From Caldisericota bacterium (GTDB taxonomy: Bacteria > CG03 > B21-G15): 33,051 nt of DNA. The stretch covers positions 1 through 33,051 of the forward strand of contig QMOP01000001.1 in the NCBI GenBank assembly GCA_003650255.1. Direction: 5' to 3'. Within the stretch, counting starts at the first letter, position 1; every line of letters starts with the position of its first letter. This document shows, piece by piece, positions 1 to 10,415 of the stretch. The notes beneath the pieces are model-generated. The model was not told the DNA's origin. It ran no database searches and was given only the letters and a program-made list of their open reading frames with translations. Position numbers and translations under genes: made by a program.

Positions 1-38
1 AAATAAAATTGTAATGAGATAGAAAAAAGGAGGCAGAA

Positions 39-2489
39 ATGAAACTAAAGAAGTTTGGATATTTCAGTAAAGATGGGACAGAATTTATTATTACAACCCC
101 GCTACCTCCAAAGCCATGGATTAATTATTTAACAAATGAAATTTATTGTGCGATAATTTCTCAGACAGCAGGAGGATATTCGTTTTACAAAGATTGTAGA
201 AGTGATAGAATCTTAAGATGGGCACCCGAGAATAAAAATTTTGACCGTCCAGGAAGATATATTTTTGTTCATGATACAGATACAAAAGAGATATGGTCGT
301 TAAGTTATATTCCTCTAAGACAGAAATATAAAAGGTATCTCTGTAGACATGGGCTTGGATATACAGAAATTGAACAAGAGAGAGGAAGTATTTTAAGCAA
401 AATAGAGTTTTTTGTGCCAGTGAATGAGCCTTGCGAAGTGTGGATAGTAAGTTTAAAAAATAAAGGAAAAAAGACAAAAAGGCTGAAATTATTTCCGTAT
501 GTTGAGTTTTTAATTGGCGATTATCATATGGAGTTAAGATACAGAAATATAATGGTACTCTATAACAGATCTTGGTTTGACAGAGAAAAAGGGGCTATTT
601 TTGCTAAGAAAACTGCTTACTGGGGAGATATGAACATTCAGCCGTTTCCATATGTTGTGTTTTTTTCAAGCAGTTTAAAGGTTAAAAAAGCCTGTACAAG
701 AAAGGAAGCATTTCTTGGCCCTTACAATACAGAGGAGATGCCCGAGTCTGTATTTAAAGGAGAATTGAGAGAGTTTAATTTTTGTTCTGGTGAGGATGCA
801 GTTGGAGCATTTCAGCATGATGTCAAAATTGATCCGGGAAAAGTAGTAAAATTTGCTATTGTTCTTGGAGAAGCAAAGTCAGATACTGCCAGGAGGTTGA
901 TAAAAAAATATAGAAACATTTCAAAAGCGATGGAGGAGCTAGAAAGGACAAAAAAGTGGTGGAGAAAATTAATACTTGATAACATAGAAATTGAGACGCC
1001 AGATAAAGATATAAATATTTTCTTTAATATATGGTGTAAATATCAGTTATACATTTGTAATTACTGGTCAAGATCTCCTTCTTACTACCACGAAGGTTCT
1101 GGTGGAAGGGGATATAGGGATTCATGTCAGGATGCAGAGTCAATAGTTTCACTCAATCCAGAACTTACCAGAAAGAGAATTTTCTCTCTTGCAAAACTTA
1201 TAAGAGAAGATGGTTCTACTGCACCTGGCTGGTCTGAGACCAGAGGACCAGCAACATATAGGCCTAATAAGGATCATCCTGTTTGGCTTGTTTACACAGT
1301 TAGCTCTTACATAAAAGAGACAGGAGATGTTGGGATATTGAATAAGAAACTTCCGTACCTTAAAGATAAATGGAAAGATGGTTGGGAGATAGATCCTTTG
1401 TGGAGTAAAGGTTCAATATTTCTGGGAAAGGGGACATTATACGAGCATCTGTGGAAAAACCTCGAATACACTTATAATGATTTTGGCGAGTATAAACTTC
1501 CAAGAATTGGACATGCTGACTGGAATGATGGAATTGATGCTGCAGGAATAAAACACAGAGGTGGTTCTGTAATGCTTGCTTTCCAGCTCATAAGGTCAAT
1601 GAAGATTCTTGCTGAACTTGCAAATTTAATAGGCAGGAAAAAAGATGCAGAGGAGCTGATGCGTAGAGTTGAGATGGTGAAGAATATCCTGGAGAATAAA
1701 TACTGGGATGGAGTGTGGTATGTAAGAGGTGTAACAGATGATGGTTATGTTTATGGAAGTAAAAGGAATAGGGAAGGTAAGATATTTTTGAACTCCCAGT
1801 CATGGGCTATTCTTTCAGGAGTTGCTCAAGGCGAAAGATTAAAAAAACTTCTTTTTTCTGTTGATAAATATCTTGAAACAAAACATGGTTATGCATTGTT
1901 TTATCCTGCTTACAGCAAATGGGATAAAAGACTTGGAAGAATGAGCATGTTTTCAGAAGGAACAAAGGAGAATGCTGCTATTTTCTGTCATGCAGCAATG
2001 TTTATGATTGCTGCAAACTGTATTGCTGGAAGGGGAGAGAAAGCATATATAAATTTAAGAAAAATTATGCCGAATACACAGGAGGATTACAATCTTTATA
2101 AAGCAGAGCCGTATGTTTTTGCTGAATATCTTGTGGGTAGAGAACATCCATATCTTTTTGGAGAGGGAGAATTTACATGGATTACAGGAACCGCAGGCTG
2201 GGGATTTATGGTTTTAAATCAGTATATCCTTGGAATTAAGCCAGAGATTAATGGATTAAGAGTTTCTCCCTGTATTCCATCTCACTGGAAAAAGGTTTAT
2301 ATCAAAAGGCCATTTCGTGCTGACATTTATGAAATAATAATATATAATGAACATGGAGTAGAAACAGGAGTGGAGAAAATCATAGTTGATGGCAAAGAAA
2401 TAAGAGGGAATTTAATTCCTTATTTTGGCGATAAAAAGAGGCATACTGTTGAAGTAATAATGGGAAAAAGAAAGGGAGGACAGAGATGA
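39..2489 (+). CDS. GH94 disaccharide phosphorylase (cellobiose/chitobiose/laminaribiose phosphorylase family)
   Basis: 816-aa ORF with an AAGGAGG RBS at 27-33. The N-terminus FGYFSKDGTEFIITTPLPPKPWINYL resembles the characteristic GH94 start. It has the catalytic-Asp motif HADWNDG, and its length is typical of cellobiose/chitobiose phosphorylases. Substrate is not assignable by eye. Confidence 0.85.
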   Translation: MKLKKFGYFSKDGTEFIITTPLPPKPWINYLTNEIYCAIISQTAGGYSFYKDCRSDRILRWAPENKNFDRPGRYIFVHDTDTKEIWSLSYIPLRQKYKRYLCRHGLGYTEIEQERGSILSKIEFFVPVNEPCEVWIVSLKNKGKKTKRLKLFPYVEFLIGDYHMELRYRNIMVLYNRSWFDREKGAIFAKKTAYWGDMNIQPFPYVVFFSSSLKVKKACTRKEAFLGPYNTEEMPESVFKGELREFNFCSGEDAVGAFQHDVKIDPGKVVKFAIVLGEAKSDTARRLIKKYRNISKAMEELERTKKWWRKLILDNIEIETPDKDINIFFNIWCKYQLYICNYWSRSPSYYHEGSGGRGYRDSCQDAESIVSLNPELTRKRIFSLAKLIREDGSTAPGWSETRGPATYRPNKDHPVWLVYTVSSYIKETGDVGILNKKLPYLKDKWKDGWEIDPLWSKGSIFLGKGTLYEHLWKNLEYTYNDFGEYKLPRIGHADWNDGIDAAGIKHRGGSVMLAFQLIRSMKILAELANLIGRKKDAEELMRRVEMVKNILENKYWDGVWYVRGVTDDGYVYGSKRNREGKIFLNSQSWAILSGVAQGERLKKLLFSVDKYLETKHGYALFYPAYSKWDKRLGRMSMFSEGTKENAAIFCHAAMFMIAANCIAGRGEKAYINLRKIMPNTQEDYNLYKAEPYVFAEYLVGREHPYLFGEGEFTWITGTAGWGFMVLNQYILGIKPEINGLRVSPCIPSHWKKVYIKRPFRADIYEIIIYNEHGVETGVEKIIVDGKEIRGNLIPYFGDKKRHTVEVIMGKRKGGQR

Positions 2490-3748
2490 TTTATATTTTT
2501 TTAATTTCCTTGTTTTTTATTACTTCTTGCGCGAAAAAAACCGAAGAAAGGGAGATTGTAATTTGGCACTGGATGACAGATAGAGAGGATGCATTTTCAA
2601 GACTTGCTCAGGAGTTTATGGTGGAGAGGGGTATAAAGGTTAAGTTTGAATTATATGCTCCATCTGAGGTTTATTCTCAGAAGGTTAGAGCAGCTGCACA
2701 GACAAATACACTTCCTGACATATTTGGAATACTTGGTTCTCCGAGAGATTTTGCAAGTTTTATAAAAGCAGGGTTTGTTGAGGATCTGACTATGTATATG
2801 GAAGAGAACAATGGTAAGTGGAAAAACTCGTTTTATCCTCAAGCAATAGAGACTGTAAGCTTTAAAGATGGAAATATGTATGGAGTAAAGCCTGGTATAT
2901 ATGGAATTCCGATAGATATGATGAATATTCAAATGATATGTAATACCGAGATTCTGAAAAAGGCAGGAATAGAAAAAATTCCTGAGACATGGGAAGAATA
3001 TGTAGATGCTGGAAGGAAATTAAAAAAGAAGGGAATAAATGTTTTTGTAAGTGGTTGGGGAGAAGTCTGGCTTCTTGAGGCAATGGCAACAAGTTTTGCA
3101 TTCAATATCATGGGTCCTGAAAAAGTTTTTAATACATTTAAAGGTGAAGTTCCATATACTGACCCTGACTGGATAAAAGTTTTTTCACTGTTTGACACAA
3201 TGAGGAAGGAGGGGTTGTTTATAAAAGACAGTATAACAATGGTAAATAAAACAGCAGAACAGATGTTTGCGAATGGGAGATCTGCATTTACTTTTAATGG
3301 TTCATGGTGTATAAATGTTTATAAAGGAATGAATCCAAATCTTAAATATTCTCCCTGTCTTTTGCCCAAGGTAAATAGAGGAAATCCTGTTTATATCTGG
3401 GGTGGTTCTGGTTCTTGGTTTGTTGTGAATTCAAAGTCAAAATATAAAAAAGAGGCAATAGAATTTCTTAAGTGGTTGACCTCCTCACAGCAGCAAAAAT
3501 TCTTAACAGAAGAGACGATGAATTTACCTTCAAATAAAGATGCTGCTGAAAAGTTAAAAGGACTACTTAAGGAGTTTGCTCTTGGAATGAAATATGTAAC
3601 ACATCCAAATTTTTGGCCGGTTCATGAAACACCTGAAGTTATTGAAAAATTTGATAAAGGGATTCAACTTATTCTTATAGGTAAAAAAACTCCTTTTCAG
3701 GTAGCAAAGGAACTGGATAAATATAAAAAGGAACAACTGAAAGAATGA
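2486..3748 (+). CDS. ABC sugar transporter substrate-binding lipoprotein (family 1 SBP, CUT1 type)
   Basis: ATGA overlap with the upstream stop. Signal peptide with lipobox FFITSC. Length of 420 aa and W/F-rich SBP pattern (IVIWHW, GSWFVVN). Sits directly upstream of two permease genes. Confidence 0.85.
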   Translation: MIYIFLISLFFITSCAKKTEEREIVIWHWMTDREDAFSRLAQEFMVERGIKVKFELYAPSEVYSQKVRAAAQTNTLPDIFGILGSPRDFASFIKAGFVEDLTMYMEENNGKWKNSFYPQAIETVSFKDGNMYGVKPGIYGIPIDMMNIQMICNTEILKKAGIEKIPETWEEYVDAGRKLKKKGINVFVSGWGEVWLLEAMATSFAFNIMGPEKVFNTFKGEVPYTDPDWIKVFSLFDTMRKEGLFIKDSITMVNKTAEQMFANGRSAFTFNGSWCINVYKGMNPNLKYSPCLLPKVNRGNPVYIWGGSGSWFVVNSKSKYKKEAIEFLKWLTSSQQQKFLTEETMNLPSNKDAAEKLKGLLKEFALGMKYVTHPNFWPVHETPEVIEKFDKGIQLILIGKKTPFQVAKELDKYKKEQLKE

Positions 3749-4638
3749 GCGAGGAAAAGGTTTCAAAGTTAAAGGATTACCTTACCTCTTATCTCTTCAT
3801 TATTCCTGCAGTTCTTCTTTTTTCTGTTTTTAGTATCTACCCTATTTTTAAAATTCTCCAACTGAGTTTACTCAAATGGGATGGAATATCTCTTTATCCT
3901 AAGTTTGTTGGTTTAAAAAACTTTATTGAGGTTATAAAGGATAAAATATGGTGGAAGTCATTTTTGAATGCTGGAATAATCACTCTTCTTGCTCTTACTG
4001 TCCAGAATGCTCTTGCTCTTGTTCTTGCTATAATTGTTGATAAAGATATAAGAGCAGGTGAGATTTACAGAGTTATTTTTTATATTCCTCCAGTTCTTTC
4101 TGGAATAGTTGTTGGATTGATTTGGAACTGGATATACAATTATGATTATGGTTTTTTGAATCACTTTCTTGAAGTTATAGGTTTGGGAGGGTTAAAGAGA
4201 GCCTGGTTGAGCGATCCAAAGCTTGCTTTGTTTTCTGTTGCTGTTGTTCATATGTGGAAAGGGTTTGGTTGGGGTTTTATTATATTCCTTGCAGGACTTC
4301 AAACAATACCAAGGAATCTTTACGAGGCTGCTCAGATTGATGGTGCAACTCCCTGGAAGACATTTTTACATGTTGTTGTTCCTATGATGAGACCTGTTTT
4401 TTTTCTCGTCTCAATTTTGACAATTTTAGGAACAATGCAGATATACGATATAATAGTTGCAACAACAGGGGGTGGTCCAGGGTATGCAACAGAAGTGCCG
4501 ATAACCAGAATTCTTTCATCAATGTTAGGTTCTTCAAGATTTGGCTATGCGTGTGCTGAGGGTTTAATTTTTGGAGTTGTTCTTCTTGCTGTTTCCCTGA
4601 TACAGTTAAGGATATCGGCTATGATGAGAAATGAGTAA
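3745..4638 (+). CDS. ABC sugar transporter permease (MalF/UgpA-like)
   Basis: Multi-TM 297-aa protein with the EAA loop LYEAAQIDGATPWKTFLHVVVPMMRP. ATGA overlap with the SBP gene. Confidence 0.9.
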   Translation: MSEEKVSKLKDYLTSYLFIIPAVLLFSVFSIYPIFKILQLSLLKWDGISLYPKFVGLKNFIEVIKDKIWWKSFLNAGIITLLALTVQNALALVLAIIVDKDIRAGEIYRVIFYIPPVLSGIVVGLIWNWIYNYDYGFLNHFLEVIGLGGLKRAWLSDPKLALFSVAVVHMWKGFGWGFIIFLAGLQTIPRNLYEAAQIDGATPWKTFLHVVVPMMRPVFFLVSILTILGTMQIYDIIVATTGGGPGYATEVPITRILSSMLGSSRFGYACAEGLIFGVVLLAVSLIQLRISAMMRNE

Positions 4639-5482
4639 GATTTTACTAAAGGCAAGATTTGAAAAGGTTAAAGTTATTCTTGTATCACATTTAATATGTA
4701 TTCTTGTTACCATTGCTTGCATTTTTCCACTTGTATGGATGGTTTCATCGAGTTTAAAAACTCAGGAGACAGTTTTTAAGGATTTCTCTTTAATACCCAA
4801 ATCTCCTCACTTTAAAAATTATCTTATTGCAATAAAAGAAGCAAATTTCGGTATTTATTTTTTAAACAGTGTTTTTTATACTGCAACAGTTGTTCTTGCT
4901 ATAATTTTTCTTTCTTCCATGGCAGCGTATGCATTTTCCAGATTAAGGTTTCCACTGAGAAGTGTATTTTATATTATGCTTATATCAACAATGATGATCC
5001 CTATTCCAGGAATATTTATTGCTCTTTATGTTCTTTTAAATAAGCTCCACCTTATAAATACGAGAATTGGATATATACTCTGCCAGATTAATGCTGGACT
5101 GCCTTTGAGTATATTTCTTTTTAAAACATTTATGGACAAAATTCCGAAAGAGCTTGAGGAGGCAGCAAAAGTTGATGGATGTAATAAATTTCAGATTTAC
5201 TGGAAGATTGTTTTTCCCCTCAGCAGACCCACTCTTGGAGTAATTGCCATTTTTAATACCCTAGCTGTATGGAATGAGTATCTTTTGGCTATGCTTGTAT
5301 TCTCAGATAAGTCATTGATGCCATTACAGAGGGGTCTTATGGTTTTTTATGGTTCACATCTTACTCAATATCCACTTCTTATGGCAGGCCTTACAATTAC
5401 AACAATTCCTGTTCTTATTGTTTACTTCTTTATGCACAGATACATTGTTTCTGGAATAATTGCAGGAGCATTAAAAGGTTAA
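4631..5482 (+). CDS. ABC sugar transporter permease (MalG/UgpE-like)
   Basis: Multi-TM 283-aa protein with the EAA loop LEEAAKVDGCNKFQIYWKIVFPLSRP. 8-nt overlap with the upstream permease. Confidence 0.9.
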   Translation: MSKILLKARFEKVKVILVSHLICILVTIACIFPLVWMVSSSLKTQETVFKDFSLIPKSPHFKNYLIAIKEANFGIYFLNSVFYTATVVLAIIFLSSMAAYAFSRLRFPLRSVFYIMLISTMMIPIPGIFIALYVLLNKLHLINTRIGYILCQINAGLPLSIFLFKTFMDKIPKELEEAAKVDGCNKFQIYWKIVFPLSRPTLGVIAIFNTLAVWNEYLLAMLVFSDKSLMPLQRGLMVFYGSHLTQYPLLMAGLTITTIPVLIVYFFMHRYIVSGIIAGALKG

Positions 5483-5493
5483 AGGAGGATCAA

Positions 5494-7392
5494 ATGTTTA
5501 CAATTTTAATTATTGTGGGTATTTTTTTAAATTTAAGAGGTTTTGATCTGCTTGAATGGGGAGATGAGATTATTGATTATTCAAAATATGGAAAGTTTGT
5601 TGGAACAAATACAAGGAATTACAGATATGTTATTACTGACAGAAAAGGACTTGCAAAAGCTGCTGGAGAGGGTATATTTCCAAACAATTCTGTTCTTTCC
5701 GACCCGGAATATCTTCAGATGAAAAGAAGTGGCGAACTTGATGGTTCACACTGGAAGTTTGTTAATGACAGAAATTATAAAAGAGCATTTTTTAAGTGGG
5801 CTACTGCTCCTGAACCAATAGGGGTTAGACTTTTTTATATAGGTGATATTCTTCAGAGGGCAGCAACTTCAGACAGAAAGATTAATTATAGGTTGCTTTT
5901 GCAGGCAATTAAAGCTTATTATGCAATAGTTATTCACTTTCCAAAGACAGTTGCCTTTACATACTGGCATACTCCGTGGTACCCAGGAGTTGTTGCAATT
6001 GACAGGATATATTATTTAACGATGAAATACCCAGAGTTAGGTGTGCGTCTAAAGGATGCCTATATAAGAATAGAAAATTGTTTTAATGATACAACAAGAG
6101 ATGATGTATACATTGTTAATCCAGGAAAACTTGTTAAAGAAGAAAGATCTGAGAGAATGAATAAAAGAAATTTAGAAAGTATAGGAGTTTTGAGAAGAAT
6201 AGGGGGTGATATAACACAGCTTATTCAATATGAAAGTGGAGACTGGCAGCTCATTTTTCACGATCAGCCAATTTTAATAAAGGCAGTTGCGTACTCTCCT
6301 GCTCCTGTTGGGAAGTCTCCTGATACTGGAACATGGAATACCTATCATGACTGGTTTTTCTTAGATACAGATAGGAATGGGAAACTTGATGTTTACGAAG
6401 TTTGGGTTGACAGAAACAAAAATAACAGAAGAGATAAGGATGAAAAAATAACTTCTGATTTTGAACTGATGAAGGAAATGGGAGTGAATGCTATTCGACT
6501 TTATCATCATGGATATAGTAAGGAACTCTTGAGAGATTTATATGAGAATTATGGTATAGGAGTTTTGATGGGTGATTTTCTCGGAATGTATGCTATTGGC
6601 TCAGGAGCAGGCTGGTATGAGGGTACAGATTATACGAACGAGATTCATAAGAAAAATATGCTGGAGAGTGTAAGGGAGATGGTTGAAAAGTATAAGGATG
6701 AACCGTATGTTATAATGTGGATTCTTGGAAATGAGAACAATTATGGAGTTGTGGGTGATGAGACAACACCAGGACTTGGATGTAGGGCAAAGGAACAACC
6801 CGAGGCGTATTATAAGTTTGTAAATGAGGTTGCAAAATTTATAAAGTCAATTGACCCACATAAAAGACCTGTTGCTATATGTAATGGAGACCTTTTGTAT
6901 CTTGATTATATTGCTAAATACTGTAAGGATATTGATGTAATAGGTGTTAATGCTTATAGAGGACCATATGGTTTTGGTTACAGTTTTTGGAAGAATATTA
7001 AAAGATTAACAGATAAACCTGTTCTTATAACAGAGTATGGCTGTCCTGCTTATGGTAGGGGTTTTTCAGATGAGGAAGCAGAGGAGAAACAGGCAGAATA
7101 TTTAAGAGAAGCATGGCTTGATATATACTATAATTCAGCAGGTTATGGTGTTGGAAATGCTATTGGTGGAGTGCAGTTTGAGTGGGTTGATGAATGGTGG
7201 AAAGGTGGACCTCCACCAAGATTTGATCCAGCAAAGCATGACACAATACCAAATTTCTCCGGTCCTTTTCCTGATGGATGGTTTTATGAAGAATGGCTGG
7301 GTGTTACTTCTCAGGGTGATGGAAGTCATTCACCATTTATGAGACAATTAAGAAGATCATTTTTCATGTATAAGGAATTATGGAGAGATTAG
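5494..7392 (+). CDS. Membrane-anchored or secreted clan GH-A glycoside hydrolase/transglycosylase with GH72-like motifs and an unknown ~330-aa N-terminal region
   Basis: N-terminal hydrophobic segment. C-terminal TIM-barrel motifs are ILIKAVAYSPAPVG, GVNAIRLYHH, WILGNENNYG (acid/base candidate), LITEYGCPAY (nucleophile candidate) and FEWVDEWWKGG. Paralogous to the 14292 gene. Confidence 0.55.
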   Translation: MFTILIIVGIFLNLRGFDLLEWGDEIIDYSKYGKFVGTNTRNYRYVITDRKGLAKAAGEGIFPNNSVLSDPEYLQMKRSGELDGSHWKFVNDRNYKRAFFKWATAPEPIGVRLFYIGDILQRAATSDRKINYRLLLQAIKAYYAIVIHFPKTVAFTYWHTPWYPGVVAIDRIYYLTMKYPELGVRLKDAYIRIENCFNDTTRDDVYIVNPGKLVKEERSERMNKRNLESIGVLRRIGGDITQLIQYESGDWQLIFHDQPILIKAVAYSPAPVGKSPDTGTWNTYHDWFFLDTDRNGKLDVYEVWVDRNKNNRRDKDEKITSDFELMKEMGVNAIRLYHHGYSKELLRDLYENYGIGVLMGDFLGMYAIGSGAGWYEGTDYTNEIHKKNMLESVREMVEKYKDEPYVIMWILGNENNYGVVGDETTPGLGCRAKEQPEAYYKFVNEVAKFIKSIDPHKRPVAICNGDLLYLDYIAKYCKDIDVIGVNAYRGPYGFGYSFWKNIKRLTDKPVLITEYGCPAYGRGFSDEEAEEKQAEYLREAWLDIYYNSAGYGVGNAIGGVQFEWVDEWWKGGPPPRFDPAKHDTIPNFSGPFPDGWFYEEWLGVTSQGDGSHSPFMRQLRRSFFMYKELWRD

Positions 7393-8549
7393 ACTGGAAA
7401 GGTATAAATATTGGAGGTTGGTTAATGTGGGAAGGATATATAATGGGAGGAAGAAACATTCCTGAGAAAGAGTTTCTAAAGGAATTTTCAGAAGTTAATG
7501 GAAAAGAAGAAACACAGAAATTTTCATATTTGTTTAAGAGGAAGTTCATTAGAGAGGATGATTTTAAGAATATAAAAAATATAGGGTTTAATTCAATAAG
7601 AATACCCTTTCATTACAAAATTATTGAAAAGGAAGAATGGAGATGGATTGATACGGCAATTAAGTGGGCGAAAAAGAACGGGTTAGGAGTTATTCTTGAC
7701 ATGCATGCACTACCGGAAAGTCAAAATGGTAATTGGCATTCAGATGGAAAGGAAAAGCCACTTTTTTGGAAAAAGAAGAGAAATATGGAAAGATTTATAG
7801 TTTTATGGAAAAAAATCGCAAAAAGATATAAAGGCGAGAAACAGATAGTTGCCTATGATGTGATAAATGAACCTGCAGTTGAAAATGATAGACTACTTGC
7901 AGATGTATATAACAAGGTTATTGATGAGATAAGAAATATTGGGGATGGACATTACATAATTGTTGAAGGAAATTACTGGGCAACAGATTTTAAATTTTTA
8001 AAGTTTCTGAAAAAGAATAAAAGGATAATCCTTGGAGTTCATTTTTATCAGCCAATGAATTTTGTCTTTAATATTAAAAGAGACCTTAAATTTCCAGGGA
8101 AAATTGATGGAGAGATATGGAATAGGAAAAAGTTAAGAACCATTTTGTCAAATTATCTCAGATTAAGGGATTTACATGGTTATCCAATCCATATTGGAGA
8201 GTTTGGAATAAATGTATGGGGGAACAGGTTTTCAAGAGGAGAGGGTGAGTGGCTTGATGAAATAATTGATTTCTCTGCAAAAGAAGGAATTGGGTGGAGT
8301 TATTGGTGTTATAAGAAAGTGGCAACTCCTGTTTTTCCATCTGCAATTTATGAATACAATGAAAATCCATTTTGGCTTGAAAGGGGAGGTGATGCACCTG
8401 AAGGATATGAAAGATACATTTTTTACTGGAAAAGATTTAAAAGAAGAATAGTTAAGTCCTGGAGTACAAGTGAATTTTCAAAACACAATATACTTTTAGG
8501 GTTTTTTAGAAGCAAATTAAGACAAAAAAATGGCAAAAATAGACATTGA
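7380..8549 (+). CDS. GH5 family glycoside hydrolase (cellulase/beta-glucanase-like), no obvious signal peptide
   Basis: Motifs GINIGGWL, FNSIRIPF, VILDMHALPESQNG, VAYDVINEP (acid/base Glu) and IHIGEFG (nucleophile Glu). 13-nt overlap with the upstream gene. Confidence 0.8.
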   Translation: MERLDWKGINIGGWLMWEGYIMGGRNIPEKEFLKEFSEVNGKEETQKFSYLFKRKFIREDDFKNIKNIGFNSIRIPFHYKIIEKEEWRWIDTAIKWAKKNGLGVILDMHALPESQNGNWHSDGKEKPLFWKKKRNMERFIVLWKKIAKRYKGEKQIVAYDVINEPAVENDRLLADVYNKVIDEIRNIGDGHYIIVEGNYWATDFKFLKFLKKNKRIILGVHFYQPMNFVFNIKRDLKFPGKIDGEIWNRKKLRTILSNYLRLRDLHGYPIHIGEFGINVWGNRFSRGEGEWLDEIIDFSAKEGIGWSYWCYKKVATPVFPSAIYEYNENPFWLERGGDAPEGYERYIFYWKRFKRRIVKSWSTSEFSKHNILLGFFRSKLRQKNGKNRH

Positions 8550-8580
8550 TTTTTTTACTAAAAAGGTTTACTATAAAAGT

Positions 8581-10413
8581 ATGAAAAGGATTGCAGGAAT
8601 TCTTCTCTTGAATCTCTCCTTGCTTTTTGCTGAAAGAAGTTTTGATATTAATTTTTATTTAAACTATGAAACAATTTATCACAAAGTTGATGATAATTTT
8701 AAGGTTGTTGATTCAGGTATAAATAAGAATTATATTTATTCTCCTGGGGAAAAAAACGAATTTTCTTCAAGTTCAGGTTATAATATTAAAACCAATTTAT
8801 CATTTTCCCCTTTTGATAGGTTTTTTGTAAGTTCAAAAATCAGTTTTGTTCCAGAGTATGCTGACAGGTTTTGGCTTCCAGTAAATGACAGTCATCGTCT
8901 TGAATTTGAAGGTAAAGATTACAGAGTTGAAGCAACCGAAATAAAGTATATTACAAATGTGTTGAATCTCAGATACTTTAAAGGAGTTCCTCATGCCTCT
9001 TGGAGATATAAAGGTGACCTTTTCAATTTTTTTCCCGAACAGTATGAGACAGAAAGATATCTGAGAGTTTCAGGAAGGACTCCTCCGGAAGGATACGAAA
9101 TAAGTTATAGGACGAGATACAGTGATTTTCAACTTGTATATGGACCAGAGGTCATCTGGGGATATAGAGATGGAATTTACTGCAGGTACAATCTTGATTT
9201 TGGCACTTTGAATCTGAACCTATTTGCCCGTTCAGATGTTCCTGATTATGTGAAATTCTGGGATTCTGATGAAAGGATGAATTCCTACCAGATGAGTTTC
9301 TCATATAGTTTTTCTTCACAACTTAAAGGTTATTTAGGAATAATGTATAGGCCATTCCGTTTAAATGAGAGATATCAGTATTATGAGAGCGGAGTTTTGG
9401 AAGAGGATGAAATCACTACCAAAGATGCATTTGGAGTAAAGGCAGGATTCATATACAACCCATATTTTATTGTGAATGAAATAAAACTGAACTATTCATA
9501 TCTTGGTTTAGTTGCTGGAAATAAGGAAGCAATAGAGATAAGTGGATATAGACCAATAAGTAAAAGTTTGACTTTAAGTGGGATGGCTATATTTCAGAAA
9601 CCTCTTATTGGGCCACTTCCATTGATTTACGAAGGAACAGAGGATTCACCAGGACCTATTTATTCTAATCCAAGAGGAGCGGATAGTCCTTTCTGGGTTT
9701 CGTGGTACTATGATGATTGGAATAATAGAGAGGCTAATATATTTAAATTGAACCTTCTTTACGACCCAACACCTTCAACCTGGTTTTTCAGATATGAACC
9801 GAATGTTCTTGAAGAATGGAATCTTAATCCTGATGAAGATGCAAAACTTAGTTTTGCACTTGAATATAAACTATTCAAATATATGTCAGGAATGGACAGG
9901 TTTTATTACTGGGATGAAAATGGTGATATAGTGTGGGAGCCTTATGGATTAACTGGACCATGGGAACAAAAGAATTTTTTTCATCAATTTAAAATAATTA
10001 CAAGACTAAGACTTCACAGGTGCAGGATTCTTTCCTTTATTTCCCTTGGAGATTCGCTTGCTCTTGGAAGTTATGCTTATGATAACTATTCTCAGGAGAA
10101 GAATGGGCTTGTTCCTCTCATTAACTATTATGATTTTATTCTTAAAATCATAAGGGGAAGGATTGGGTTTAATATGAGATATGCTATTGACCCATGGGGA
10201 CCGGAGGAGTGGCATATGGTTTTTGGAGAGAAGATAGATAAAATTTATAGTTTTGGTTTAAATTATAGATTAAAGCCCGATTTGAATTTTGGTATTAAGT
10301 ATATTAGAGTGAAAGAGGAGGATTTTGTGGTTCCTCCGGAGATTGGTTCGTATAAAGAGTTTAGATTCTATCTTAATTACAGGTTTGGGTTAAATCTTAA
10401 ATTTGAGGAGTAG
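8581..10413 (+). CDS. Predicted outer-membrane beta-barrel protein (candidate glycan porin), unknown family
   Basis: I prefer the ATG at 8581 (MKRIAGILLLNLSLLFA signal peptide) over the ORF-track start at 8530, which overlaps the GH5 gene. About 610 aa, rich in Y/F/N/G with alternating-hydrophobic strand-like segments (LNYSYLGL, FGIKYIRV, FRFYLNYRFGLNLKF). No family recognised. Confidence 0.45.
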   Translation: MKRIAGILLLNLSLLFAERSFDINFYLNYETIYHKVDDNFKVVDSGINKNYIYSPGEKNEFSSSSGYNIKTNLSFSPFDRFFVSSKISFVPEYADRFWLPVNDSHRLEFEGKDYRVEATEIKYITNVLNLRYFKGVPHASWRYKGDLFNFFPEQYETERYLRVSGRTPPEGYEISYRTRYSDFQLVYGPEVIWGYRDGIYCRYNLDFGTLNLNLFARSDVPDYVKFWDSDERMNSYQMSFSYSFSSQLKGYLGIMYRPFRLNERYQYYESGVLEEDEITTKDAFGVKAGFIYNPYFIVNEIKLNYSYLGLVAGNKEAIEISGYRPISKSLTLSGMAIFQKPLIGPLPLIYEGTEDSPGPIYSNPRGADSPFWVSWYYDDWNNREANIFKLNLLYDPTPSTWFFRYEPNVLEEWNLNPDEDAKLSFALEYKLFKYMSGMDRFYYWDENGDIVWEPYGLTGPWEQKNFFHQFKIITRLRLHRCRILSFISLGDSLALGSYAYDNYSQEKNGLVPLINYYDFILKIIRGRIGFNMRYAIDPWGPEEWHMVFGEKIDKIYSFGLNYRLKPDLNFGIKYIRVKEEDFVVPPEIGSYKEFRFYLNYRFGLNLKFEE

Positions 10414-10415
10414 AA

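Noticed and set aside
8530-8580. Upstream-extended starts from the ORF track: 8530 for the barrel gene, 27364 for the double-REC gene and 31698 for the lipoprotein gene.
   Set aside because: The extensions overlap the 3' ends of the preceding genes by 20-130 nt and add non-signal-like residues. The internal ATGs at 8581, 27436 and 31788 give a clean signal peptide, the REC N-terminus [11 protein letters not shown] behind a GGGAGGG RBS, and a lipobox respectively.
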